Shown here: one piece after another, positions 51,224 through 60,292 of the stretch
Position numbering within the stretch: the first letter of the stretch is position 1
Layout of the letters: the number at the start of each line of letters is the position of its first letter
Assembly: GCA_037446635.1 (NCBI GenBank)
Contig: JBBIIG010000012.1
Span: forward strand, 1-63,390
DNA from: a bacterium
GTDB lineage: Bacteria; Zhuqueibacterota; Zhuqueibacteria; Oceanimicrobiales; Oceanimicrobiaceae
Length of the DNA: 63,390 nt
Direction: 5' to 3'
Notes under the pieces: model-generated
The model's input: the letters and a program-made list of their open reading frames with translations, nothing else
What the model was told of the DNA's origin: nothing
The model's database searches: none
Translations under genes and position numbers: made by a program

Positions 51224-53632
51224 ATGTCAAAAGGGTGGAGGATTTTTTTAGGTAGTCTTGCTTTTGTTATCATTATTCTCGCCGCAATGTCGTTTTTTTC
51301 GTATCGCTTACTCACCGAATCCCTGCCGCAAAGCGACGGCGCCTTTCAACTGTCCATTCTCGAAAAGCCGGTGCAGGTTTACCGCGATGAGTTTGGCGTG
51401 CCGCACATTTATGCCCAAACCGAAGCCGACCTCTATCGCGCCGCCGGTTTCGTTACCGCGCAAGATCGTTTGTGGCAACTGGATTTGAATCGCCGCATTG
51501 CCGCTGGTCGGCTTGCGGAAATTTTCGGTGCGGCGGCGATCGAGACCGATCGTTTCATTCGCCTGTGGGGATTCGCGCGCACCGGCCGGGAGATCACAGC
51601 CGCGCTCTCGCCGCCATCGCGAATGGCGCTGGCGGCCTACACCCAGGGGGTCAACGCATTCATCGAGTCTCATCGCGACCGCCTGCCCATCGAGTTCTCC
51701 CTTCTGAATTATCAACCGGAAACATGGCAGATGGAGGACAGCGCCGCCTACATTCGTTTGATGGCCTGGCGGCTGTCCTTCAGTTGGTACGTGGACCCGG
51801 TGTTAAGCGAGTTGCTGCAAGAGTTTGGAGAGGAAAAGGCCCGTGAAGTGTTTCCGGATTTTCCAAAGGATGGCGCGCTGATCATCCAACCCTCCGTGAA
51901 ACCATTTTGGACGCAGTTGGAAAATTTTTTGGATAACGGCCTGGCGCTGCGGGAATTTCTGGGAATTCACAGCGGACAGGTGGGCAGCAACTCCTGGGTG
52001 GTGTCCGGTCAAAAATCAGAATGTGGGAAACCGCTGCTCGCCAACGATCCGCATTTGGAATTAACCGCGCCCTCCATTTGGTACGAGATGCATCTTTCCT
52101 GCGGCGAGCTCAATGTGATTGGCGTCTCCCTCGTCGGCGCGCCCGGAATTTTGATTGGCCACAACGAGGACATCGCCTGGGGGTTGACCAACGGCATGCT
52201 CGACGACGTGGATTTTTACATCGAACAAATCAATCCGGAAAATCCTAATCAGTACCAGGACGGAAAAGCCTGGCGCGATTTTCAAATCATCGAAGAAGAG
52301 ATTGCCGTCCGCGACAGCACGCCGATCAAAATGCAGATCAAAGTCAGCCGCAACGGTCCCATCATTTCTGATTTCCATCCCGTGTTCAAGGACAGCGGCC
52401 AGGTGGTTGCCATGCGCTGGACCGGCCAGCAGCCCAGCGATGAATTGGCCGCGCTAGTGAAAATTCAAAAGGCGAAATCATGGGCTGAGTTCACAGAAGC
52501 GGTTCGACATTTCCGGGTGCCGGCGCAGAATTTTATTTTTGCTTCCGCCAGCGGCGACATTGGTTACTACCTCGGCGGCGCCATTCCCATTCGTAAACAA
52601 ACCAGCGGCATTTTCCCCCACAATGGCTGGGAGCAAAAAGGTCAGTGGAGTGAGTATGTCCCTTTCGAGAAGCAGCCGCATGTTTTCAATCCTCCGGAAA
52701 ATTACATCGTCACCGCCAACAACAAAATTGTCGATGAGCGTTACCCGTTTTATCTCACCAATCTTTGGGAGCCGGCCAGCCGCGCCAATCGCATTCACGA
52801 GATTTTGAGCTCAAAAGAAAAATTGTCGCTGGCCGATTTCAGAGCTTTGCAAATGGATGTGGTTTCCAACTACGCGCAAAACATGCTGACGCTGATTTTG
52901 GAGACCGTCAAAGCCCAACTCGACGCCAACAGCCAGCCGGAGCTGCAAACGATTTATGACTTTCTCAAAGAGTGGGATGGCAAAGAATCTTCGGAAAGCA
53001 TCGCGGCGTCGCTTTTCAATGCCTTCGTTCTCAGACTGATCGAGAACACCTTCAAAGATGAGATGGGCGAGCGGCTTTACGAAAATTATATTCATCTGGG
53101 TAATGTTCCAACTCGCGTGATTGCAGCATTGCTTGAAAATGAGCAGAGCTCGTGGTTTGATGATATTAGAACTCCGGAGGTTGAAACTTGCCGCGAAATA
53201 ATTATTCGCAGCCTGCTTGACGGAACGGAGTTGTTGAAATCCCGGGCGGGCGAGCGCATCAGCGACTGGGCCTGGGGACGGATTCACACCCTCACCATGC
53301 ACCATCCCCTGGGGCGAAAAAGGCCGCTGGATTTTGTCTTCAATTTGGGGCCGTTCCCGCGCGGCGGTTCCAAAATGACGGTGAACAATTCCGAGTACAG
53401 CTTGCAGAAACCATTTGCCGCCAGTCTCGGCGCCTCCACGCGGCAACTGGTTGATTTTTGCGATTTGAACAATTCGTTGTCCGTCATCACCACCGGACAA
53501 TCCGGGCATCCGTTGAGCGAACATTACAAAGATCAAACTCCGCTGTGGCTGGGGGGCAGCTACCACCGCGCGGTGATGGACCGCGTGGAAATTGAACAAA
53601 CCGCGCGCGGACATTTAACCCTCACGCCGTGA
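51224..53632 (+). CDS. Penicillin acylase family (Ntn-hydrolase) protein
   Basis: RDEFGVPHI, AQDRLWQ, nucleophile GSNSW, LANDPHL and GQSGHP motifs. Confidence 0.93.
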   Translation: MSKGWRIFLGSLAFVIIILAAMSFFSYRLLTESLPQSDGAFQLSILEKPVQVYRDEFGVPHIYAQTEADLYRAAGFVTAQDRLWQLDLNRRIAAGRLAEIFGAAAIETDRFIRLWGFARTGREITAALSPPSRMALAAYTQGVNAFIESHRDRLPIEFSLLNYQPETWQMEDSAAYIRLMAWRLSFSWYVDPVLSELLQEFGEEKAREVFPDFPKDGALIIQPSVKPFWTQLENFLDNGLALREFLGIHSGQVGSNSWVVSGQKSECGKPLLANDPHLELTAPSIWYEMHLSCGELNVIGVSLVGAPGILIGHNEDIAWGLTNGMLDDVDFYIEQINPENPNQYQDGKAWRDFQIIEEEIAVRDSTPIKMQIKVSRNGPIISDFHPVFKDSGQVVAMRWTGQQPSDELAALVKIQKAKSWAEFTEAVRHFRVPAQNFIFASASGDIGYYLGGAIPIRKQTSGIFPHNGWEQKGQWSEYVPFEKQPHVFNPPENYIVTANNKIVDERYPFYLTNLWEPASRANRIHEILSSKEKLSLADFRALQMDVVSNYAQNMLTLILETVKAQLDANSQPELQTIYDFLKEWDGKESSESIAASLFNAFVLRLIENTFKDEMGERLYENYIHLGNVPTRVIAALLENEQSSWFDDIRTPEVETCREIIIRSLLDGTELLKSRAGERISDWAWGRIHTLTMHHPLGRKRPLDFVFNLGPFPRGGSKMTVNNSEYSLQKPFAASLGASTRQLVDFCDLNNSLSVITTGQSGHPLSEHYKDQTPLWLGGSYHRAVMDRVEIEQTARGHLTLTP

Positions 53633-53656
53633 TTGGAGAAACGGGAGGAGGCAGGA

Positions 53657-54613
53657 ATGGATCAAAAATCAATTGTTGATTTAAAAGCCGGCGACGAGCT
53701 GGTTGCGTTTTTCGTGCTCCGCAAAAAAGAGCTGAAGATCAAACGGGAGAGCGGTGAAAAGTTTTTGGCGTTTGAATTTGGCGACGCCTCCGGAAGATTG
53801 AACGGCACGTTGTGGGATAACATTCAGGGCGTGTTTGAGGCGCTGGCCCCCGGCGACGTAGTGAAGGTCAAAGGCACGGTCATCTCTTTCCATGATCGGC
53901 TGCATCTCGATATCGAAAAAATCAGAAAGGCGGAAGCAAAGGATGAGGTCGATCTAACTCGGCTGGTGGCGGTGGTGGAAAAAGATCGCCACGTTTTGTT
54001 TGCCCACCTCGATGAATTAATCGCAAGCGTTGCGAATCCTCATTTTAACCGACTGCTCCATCTCATTTTCAGCGACCCCGAAATCCGCAAACGGTTCGGC
54101 GACGCCCCCGGCGGAAAATTGTGGCACCACAATTACCTCGGCGGTCTGCTGGAACACACGCTCTCGGTTACCGACACCGCCGAGCGCGTGGGGCAATTGT
54201 ACCCCGGCGTCAACCGCGATTTGATCATCACCGCCGGGCTGTTGCACGATATCGGCAAAATCCATTCTTACACCTACAAAACGTTCATCGATTTCACCGA
54301 CGAAGGACGTCTCGTGGGCCACATCGTCATCGGCGCGCAGATGGTTTCGGATAAAATCAAAGAAATAAAAGATTTTCCGGAAGAATTAAAAACCGAGCTG
54401 CTTCACCTGATCTTGAGCCACCAGGGAAAATTGGAACAAGCCTCACCGGTGGTGCCGATGACATTGGAGGGGCTGATTCTTTACTACGCCGACGAATTGG
54501 ATTCCAAGGCCAACGCCTTTTTGCGCATTAAGAAAAAAGAAAAGCAGCCAGGACAGAAGTGGAGTTCGTACGTGCAACTGATGGAGCGCTACTTTTATTT
54601 CGGTTCCAATTAG
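53657..54613 (+). CDS. yhaM: 3'-5' exoribonuclease YhaM-like (OB plus HD)
   Basis: OB fold, HHNYLGGLLEHT, LLHDIGK, GHI and SHQG motifs. Confidence 0.85.
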   Translation: MDQKSIVDLKAGDELVAFFVLRKKELKIKRESGEKFLAFEFGDASGRLNGTLWDNIQGVFEALAPGDVVKVKGTVISFHDRLHLDIEKIRKAEAKDEVDLTRLVAVVEKDRHVLFAHLDELIASVANPHFNRLLHLIFSDPEIRKRFGDAPGGKLWHHNYLGGLLEHTLSVTDTAERVGQLYPGVNRDLIITAGLLHDIGKIHSYTYKTFIDFTDEGRLVGHIVIGAQMVSDKIKEIKDFPEELKTELLHLILSHQGKLEQASPVVPMTLEGLILYYADELDSKANAFLRIKKKEKQPGQKWSSYVQLMERYFYFGSN

Positions 54614-54624
54614 GGGGTGTATCC

Positions 54625-54733
54625 TGTCATTGCGAGCGAAGCGAAGCAATCTCCTGGTTCTGTGCTCAAATCGTGGGATTGCCTGCCTGCGTCCGCGAAG
54701 CGGATCCGCCAAGCGGACAGGCCGGCAATGACA
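54625..54733. repeat. GTCATTGCGAG-type palindromic element with nested CCTGCCTG unit
   Basis: tgtcattgcgagcgaagcgaagcaatct...gattgcctgcctgcg...gcaatgaca. Confidence 0.7.
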
Positions 54734-54775
54734 TTTTCTACCTTTATGGACAACCCCCAGCCTTGGTAAAAACAA

Positions 54776-55951
54776 ATGTCAACCGGATCGTATCTAACCC
54801 ATCTCACTTGCAGCAAATGCGGCGATGTCTTCGATCGCCGCGAGGTTCAAACTTTTTGCCAAACCTGCAGCAAGCCGCTGCTGGCCATTTACGATTTAGA
54901 GCAGGCCAAAACCAAACTCACCAAAGAGTCGTTTTGCGAGCGGCCGCCCAACCTCTGGCGCTATCGTGAACTGTTACCGGTTCTCGAAGAGAAAAACATC
55001 GTCTCCCTCGGCGAGGGCTTCACGCCACTTGTTCTGCTCAAAAAATTGGGGCCGCGGTTCGGGCTGACAAACGTTTGGGTGAAGGACGAATCGCAAATCC
55101 CCACCGGCAGTTTCAAAGCGCGCGGCCTGGCGCTGGCCGTTTCCAAAGCGCTGGAGTTGGGAATCAAAAAGGTAGCGATTCCCACGGCCGGCAACGCCGG
55201 CGGCGCGCTGGCGGCCTACGCTGCTCGCGCCGGAATGGAGTGTTTTATTTTCATGCCGGAAGATGTGCCGCGTTTGAATTTTATCGAGTCGCAAGTTTGC
55301 GGCGCGAACGTGACGCTGGTGAAAGGCATCATTAGCGATTGCGCGAAACTCATCGCCGAAAGAAAAGCCGAGATGGGTTGGTTCGATATGTCCACCCTCA
55401 AAGAGCCCTATCGCCTCGAAGGCAAGAAGACGATGGGCCTCGAACTCGCCGAGCAATTTGATTGGATGCTGCCGGAGGTGGTTCTCTATCCCACCGGCGG
55501 CGGTACCGGACTCATCGGGATGTGGAAAGCGTTTGCGGAATTAACGGTGCTGGGTTGGATTTCCGGAGATAAGCCGCGGATGGTTTCGGTGCAAGCCACT
55601 GGCTGCGACCCGATTACCCGGGCCTTTCAATCCGGCAAAGCCGAGTCGGAGTTTTTTCAAAATGCCGCCACCCTTGCCGCCGGACTTCGTGTCCCCAAAG
55701 CCTTTGGCGACGCCTTGATTTTGCAGGCCCTTCGGGAAAGCGGCGGGCTGGCGATTTCCGTCAGCGACGAAGAAATCAAAGATGCAATGAAGGAGGTAGC
55801 GAGCTCAGAGGGGATATTTATGTGCCCGGAAGGCGCGGCAACCTGGGCAGCTTTGAAGCGCTTGCAAGCACAGGGCGAAGTCAAAGCTGGCGATCGCATT
55901 GTGTTATTCAATACCGCGACGGGGTTGAAATACCCGGAACTCTTTGCCTAA
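54776..55951 (+). CDS. thrC: Threonine synthase (PLP fold II)
   Basis: SLGEGFTPL, PTGSFKARG, TAGNAG, EPYRLEGKKT and PTGGG motifs. Confidence 0.88.
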   Translation: MSTGSYLTHLTCSKCGDVFDRREVQTFCQTCSKPLLAIYDLEQAKTKLTKESFCERPPNLWRYRELLPVLEEKNIVSLGEGFTPLVLLKKLGPRFGLTNVWVKDESQIPTGSFKARGLALAVSKALELGIKKVAIPTAGNAGGALAAYAARAGMECFIFMPEDVPRLNFIESQVCGANVTLVKGIISDCAKLIAERKAEMGWFDMSTLKEPYRLEGKKTMGLELAEQFDWMLPEVVLYPTGGGTGLIGMWKAFAELTVLGWISGDKPRMVSVQATGCDPITRAFQSGKAESEFFQNAATLAAGLRVPKAFGDALILQALRESGGLAISVSDEEIKDAMKEVASSEGIFMCPEGAATWAALKRLQAQGEVKAGDRIVLFNTATGLKYPELFA

Positions 55952-56035
55952 ACCGCAAATAACGTAAAGCGGGCGCAAAGAAAGAGATGATCTTTTCTTT
56001 GCGCCCCTTTGTGTTTTTGTGGCGAACTTTGGTTG
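55952..56035. repeat. 9-bp-period imperfect inverted repeat between convergent genes
   Basis: cgcaaataacgtaaagcgggcgcaaaga ... tctttgcgcccctttgtgtttttgtggcg. Confidence 0.6.
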
Positions 56036-56051
56036 GCGTTCTAATTTGATT

Positions 56052-57491
56052 TTAGGATCGATGCCACTTCGCCAGATGCTGCTTGTGGGTTTCGAGATAC
56101 GCGCCGCCGGCGACGAAGTAGTGATCGTAAAAATCCAAATCGAGATGGTGCGCCTGCAGGTACATCAGGATGAAAATCGTCGGCACGGTGCCGGGGAATT
56201 TCCCGTAGCGGTCGAACACGTACTGCGCCATCGTCGCGATGCACTCCTTGAATTCGTCGCTGTGCACTTGCGCGCTGGAACGGATGCGGCTGCTCTCTTT
56301 CCACGGACCGGGTGTGTTGGCATTGAAGGGGCCGTCGGGGCCGAACTTGCGCTGCGCCACGGCCTCCACTGCTGCGCGCATATCCGGGTAGTGCGGCGGG
56401 CAGTAGCCTTCGAAAACTCCGGGCAAACCGGTGACATTTGGCAGCGCCCATTTTTCATTGGTGTCGAAACGAAAGCCCAGTCCCGGCACTTCCGGATTGC
56501 CGCTGGCGCCTAACACCGTGTAGCGGTCGATGCCGTCGAACATCCAGCCGCCGAGTCCCAGCGCTTGCAGCATCAACATGCCGGCGTAGCAGGCGGTGGA
56601 CAGCTCGGCCGTGGCCTCGGTGAGGGCGTATTGTTCGACAAAACTGAGCGGGAACGGATTCTCCACGTCCACTAACTTGCGGAATTTCTCCAAACCCGGG
56701 ATGCGCTCGTTGTTGTAGTCGTCGTACATACAGTAGCCGTTCTGCACCAGGAAACAGAGGATGGGCAGCGTATGCTGCGCCAGATCCGCCACCGGAAAAA
56801 TCATGGTGCTGCCCGGGCGATTGACGCACCAGGTGTTGTGGCCTTCCATGTACGGCTCTTCGGGCGGAATATTCAAACGGCCGTCGGCTAATTTGCGGAT
56901 GCGTTTGCGGTGCGCCTCCAGCCACGAGTTCAAATCCAAGTTACCGTCGTCGTCGCGCGGCACCAGCGAACCGGAATCGCGGGTGGGAAAGAAATAGACG
57001 CCGTTGTCATCGGTGAAAAAGAACTCGCTGGTGTGAAAGCCGGCCGCGGAAGGGAAGGTGCGTCCGCCAGCCGCCGCCGAGTAGTTGGCCAAATGCGGGG
57101 CGTAAGTTTTGTTGCGATAGATCATGTGGTGCCAGCCGGTGTTGCCGGCCGCCGCGGTGAGCACCAGCATCTGCTCCAAATCGCTGAGCGGCAGGGGCTC
57201 GTGTTTGGATTTAAAAGTCAGCGGCCCGTCCGGAATTTCATCGCCCACCGCGAAGCGCCGGGCGCGGCGGCCGTACAGCGCTTCCACCAGCGGGAACTGC
57301 ACCACTTCTTCAAGAGCTTTGGGAATCGCGGGCATCCCGCTCAACAGAACTTTGCCTTTTGCTTTGGCCTGCTGGCCAAAGGCTTTAAGCTGCAATCCGC
57401 TCAACACCGCGCCGGCGCCCACCAAAAGCGATCCCAGCACTTTGCGGCGCGTAACTGGCAGCCAGCCGGTGGATGTTTGTTTATCGTTCAT
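56052..57491 (-). CDS. Tat-signal nitroreductase-fold-like hypothetical protein
   Basis: TRRKVL followed by a hydrophobic stretch; LYGRRARRF, RTFPSAAG and QALGLGGW; SD AGGAGG. Confidence 0.7.
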   Translation of the reverse strand: MNDKQTSTGWLPVTRRKVLGSLLVGAGAVLSGLQLKAFGQQAKAKGKVLLSGMPAIPKALEEVVQFPLVEALYGRRARRFAVGDEIPDGPLTFKSKHEPLPLSDLEQMLVLTAAAGNTGWHHMIYRNKTYAPHLANYSAAAGGRTFPSAAGFHTSEFFFTDDNGVYFFPTRDSGSLVPRDDDGNLDLNSWLEAHRKRIRKLADGRLNIPPEEPYMEGHNTWCVNRPGSTMIFPVADLAQHTLPILCFLVQNGYCMYDDYNNERIPGLEKFRKLVDVENPFPLSFVEQYALTEATAELSTACYAGMLMLQALGLGGWMFDGIDRYTVLGASGNPEVPGLGFRFDTNEKWALPNVTGLPGVFEGYCPPHYPDMRAAVEAVAQRKFGPDGPFNANTPGPWKESSRIRSSAQVHSDEFKECIATMAQYVFDRYGKFPGTVPTIFILMYLQAHHLDLDFYDHYFVAGGAYLETHKQHLAKWHRS

Positions 57492-57648
57492 TAGAGTATC
57501 CTCCTTTTTTGAATCTTAAAATGCAAACAGTTTGACTTTTGAATTCTGCAATTTGCATTTGGCATGATTTCTTGCGGAACCGATCTGATGGTAACGATGA
57601 CGTTGATGTTGCCTAACTGTTTATCAAGCTGAAGCTTGACACTCCGGG

Positions 57649-58080
57649 TTATTCTGCCTCCTTGGCGAATACCTGCGCCGTATCGACGACGTTGGAATCC
57701 GCCGGCAGCCACGGCACATCAAACGTGGCCACGATGTTTTTGCTGCCGAAGAAGCTCAGCACTTTGGCGGTGCCGGACCCGACGTTACGCAAATTGTGCG
57801 GCGCCATTTTCGGGACCAGCGCGATTTCATATTTTGCCAATCGATCTTGTTCCTCGCCCACGGTCACTTCCACTTCGCCTTCGAGGATCAGCAGAACTTC
57901 TTCTTCACTATCCGTATGACGGCCTAAACTGTTTCCGGGCTTCAATTCAAAATAAACCAGTGCGGAGTTTTTGGTGCCCAGTGCTTCAACCAGCGGAAAC
58001 GTGGCGCGGCAATGCAGCTCAGGATGGTTTTTCCCCTGAAATTCGGCTAACGTTAAGCTGTTCAAATTTGCGGTGATCAT
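57649..58080 (-). CDS. Cupin domain protein
   Basis: HTDSEEE...GE and P...PHNL motifs. Confidence 0.88.
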   Translation of the reverse strand: MITANLNSLTLAEFQGKNHPELHCRATFPLVEALGTKNSALVYFELKPGNSLGRHTDSEEEVLLILEGEVEVTVGEEQDRLAKYEIALVPKMAPHNLRNVGSGTAKVLSFFGSKNIVATFDVPWLPADSNVVDTAQVFAKEAE

Positions 58081-58107
58081 GGCTGGGGTTCCTTTCTTGT
58101 TTGGGGT

Positions 58108-58136
58108 GTAGGGCAGGCATAGTATCCGTTCCCTAC
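58108..58136. repeat. GTAG-type REP, degenerate copy 3
   Basis: gtagggcaggcatagtatccgttccctac. Confidence 0.7.
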
Positions 58137-58170
58137 TTTATGCCGGTCTTGGTGTTGGCAAAAAAGCTCC

Positions 58171-59541
58171 TCACGGTTTGATATTCTGATTCAAATGAAA
58201 AACGTTCTCGGGGTCGTACTTCTGCTTGATCTGAGCCAACCGTTCGTAATTCTTTCCGTAAGCCGCGGCCACGCGATCGCCTTCGTCTGCGGTCATGAAG
58301 TTGATATAAGCGCCGCCGGAAGCAAAGGGCGCAGAAGCATTGAAAAATTCTCGCGCCCACGCGATGCCTTTTTCATCATCCGCAGCCGTGTCCCAGCGGC
58401 CGTGCACGTTCAGCACGAACTTCGCATCGCGGTGGCCGTAGGCCATGGCCTCGGCGGCCACGCGACTCGCCGCCCCGGCGATCAGCCCGATGAAAATTTC
58501 GCACTGCGGTGTGGGCAATTTGCCGGCGAACTCGATCATCGAATCCAGCGCGCGGTCGCTCAGCTCGGTGAAGTTGTGAGACTTCCAATAATTGCGGGCG
58601 CCGGGCGTCAGCAAAGGATCAAACGCCTGCTGCCACTGCACGTACGGCTGAACGCCGATGTGCTCGCCGTGCGCGTCGCCAAAAGTCCGCAGCGGCTCGA
58701 TCAGCTTCTCCCCCTTCGCCGGATCTCCTACGTAAAAAACCGGCAGCACCACCACTTCTTTGCCGTGCACATTCTCAGGCAGAAACGGCAGCGGCGGCGC
58801 TTTGCGCAACACCACCCACACGTTGAGCTCCTCGGGCACGGTTTCGACGAATTCACGGTAGCGGCTCAGAACTTGCTTGGCTTGCTTAAGCGGAAAAACT
58901 ATCAGGCCGGCCAATATTTCCGGGCCGACCGGATGCAGCTTGAATTCGAACTGAGTAACGATGCCGAAGTTGCCGCCTCCACCGCGAATCGCCCAAAACA
59001 GGTCAGCGTGTTCGGTTTCGCTGGCGCGAAGCCTTTCGCCTTTAGCGGTGATTAAGTCAGCCGAGATCAAATTGTCGATAGTCATGCCGTACTTGCGCGT
59101 GAGCCAACCAAAACCGCCGCCGAGGGTCAGGCCAGAAATGCCCGTGGTGGAATTGATTCCCACCGGCGTGGCCAGCCCGTGCGCCTGCGCCGCGGCGTCG
59201 AAATCGCGCAGGGTGGCGCCGGGCTGGACGTATGCGCGGCGCTGCTCGGCGTCCACGCGCACGTTTCTCATGGTGGAAAGATCGATCATCACGCCGCCGT
59301 CGCACACGGCGTTTCCCGCGATGTTGTGCCCCGCGCCGCGAACGGAGATTTCGAGTCCGTTTTCCCGGGCGAAAAGCAGCGCTTCGCGGATGTCATCGGC
59401 ATCCGCGCACTGGACGATGACCACCGGCCGCCGGTCGATCATCGCGTTCCAAATCTGGCGGACTTCGTCGTAATTGGGATCATCCGGCAGAATGATTTTG
59501 CCTTTCATTTTCGCTTTGAGTGTGGTAAGGTGCGTTGCCAT
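58171..59541 (-). CDS. FAD-binding oxidoreductase (BBE/6-HDNO-like)
   Basis: RGAGHN (covalent His), LFWAIRGGGGNFG and YINF...KQKYDPENVF. Confidence 0.93.
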   Translation of the reverse strand: MATHLTTLKAKMKGKIILPDDPNYDEVRQIWNAMIDRRPVVIVQCADADDIREALLFARENGLEISVRGAGHNIAGNAVCDGGVMIDLSTMRNVRVDAEQRRAYVQPGATLRDFDAAAQAHGLATPVGINSTTGISGLTLGGGFGWLTRKYGMTIDNLISADLITAKGERLRASETEHADLFWAIRGGGGNFGIVTQFEFKLHPVGPEILAGLIVFPLKQAKQVLSRYREFVETVPEELNVWVVLRKAPPLPFLPENVHGKEVVVLPVFYVGDPAKGEKLIEPLRTFGDAHGEHIGVQPYVQWQQAFDPLLTPGARNYWKSHNFTELSDRALDSMIEFAGKLPTPQCEIFIGLIAGAASRVAAEAMAYGHRDAKFVLNVHGRWDTAADDEKGIAWAREFFNASAPFASGGAYINFMTADEGDRVAAAYGKNYERLAQIKQKYDPENVFHLNQNIKP

Positions 59542-59631
59542 CGAATTTCCTCCTAATAGTTCATTGGGTCACTCCATTAGTGGTTGTTTAGTTTAGAGTC
59601 GCAAACCAGAGGTTTGCTTTACTTCGTGGAT

Positions 59632-59901
59632 TTAGTTTTTGTGAATGATGTAGTAGTAATTCAGAATGTCGTGCTCCAGCGTTTTGACATCGATGCGCTT
59701 AAATCCAGCCTGGCGCAACATGGCCAGCGCTTGTTCTTTTCCCCACATGGCGCCCAGGCCCATGCCGCCCTGCGCCAGGGACACCGTCATGCAGTGCAGG
59801 CAGGAGATGGTGTAGATCAACGCGCCCAGCGGATGTTCGAAGTTGTTGTGCACGTGGCTGGAGCCGGCAATGTCCTGCATCAGGTAAGCGCCGTCCGGCT
59901 T
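59632..59901 (-). pseudogene. 3' remnant of a class I SAM methyltransferase (Rv2258c-like)
   Basis: [11 protein letters not shown]...[25 protein letters not shown]...AGF; the SAM-binding N-terminal part is absent. Confidence 0.78.
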
Positions 59902-59924
59902 CGTTCATCACAGTTGGCTCTTCC

Positions 59925-59939
59925 GCTAACTTTGTGCCA
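59925..59939 (-). promoter_or_regulatory. sigma54 promoter of the minus-strand operon
   Basis: TGGCACAAAGTTAGC (GG-N10-GC); degenerate tandem copy TGGCATAAAGTTTCGC at 59941-59956. Confidence 0.7.
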
Positions 59940-60039
59940 TGCGAAACTTTATGCCAAGCCGGCGCAGCCAATCTCTATAAAAACAATGATTGAGGTTTTG
60001 GAGACGAAGACTTGAAACGGTATGATTTTGATGATTCGC

Positions 60040-60075
60040 TGCTGATATTTCAGAAGGGTTGCTGATATTTCGGCA
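60040..60075. promoter_or_regulatory. Tandem upstream activator sequences
   Basis: TGCTGATATTTCAGAA and TGCTGATATTTCGGCA, 20-bp period, each a near-palindrome. Confidence 0.65.
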
Positions 60076-60292
60076 GAAAAGTTGAATAGGAAATCAGGCT
60101 TCGGGCTGTGCAAAAAGGTAGAAAAACGTCATTGCGAGCTTTGATGACTAACGCCAGTTTACAGGAAAGGAAGTTTCTTAGTGTTAGAGGATTGCTTCGA
60201 CTCGCTGAAACAGCGCGTGTCTCCCCTGCCTGCGCAGGCAGGCCATGACAGCACTGGTCCTGTTACTGCGAGGCTCTCGCGCTTCTCTAACA

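Noticed and set aside
57560..57576. TGGCATGATTTCTTGC as a sigma54 promoter
   Set aside because: The spacing is one base too long, it has no plus-strand gene downstream, and it overlaps a 7-mer repeat.
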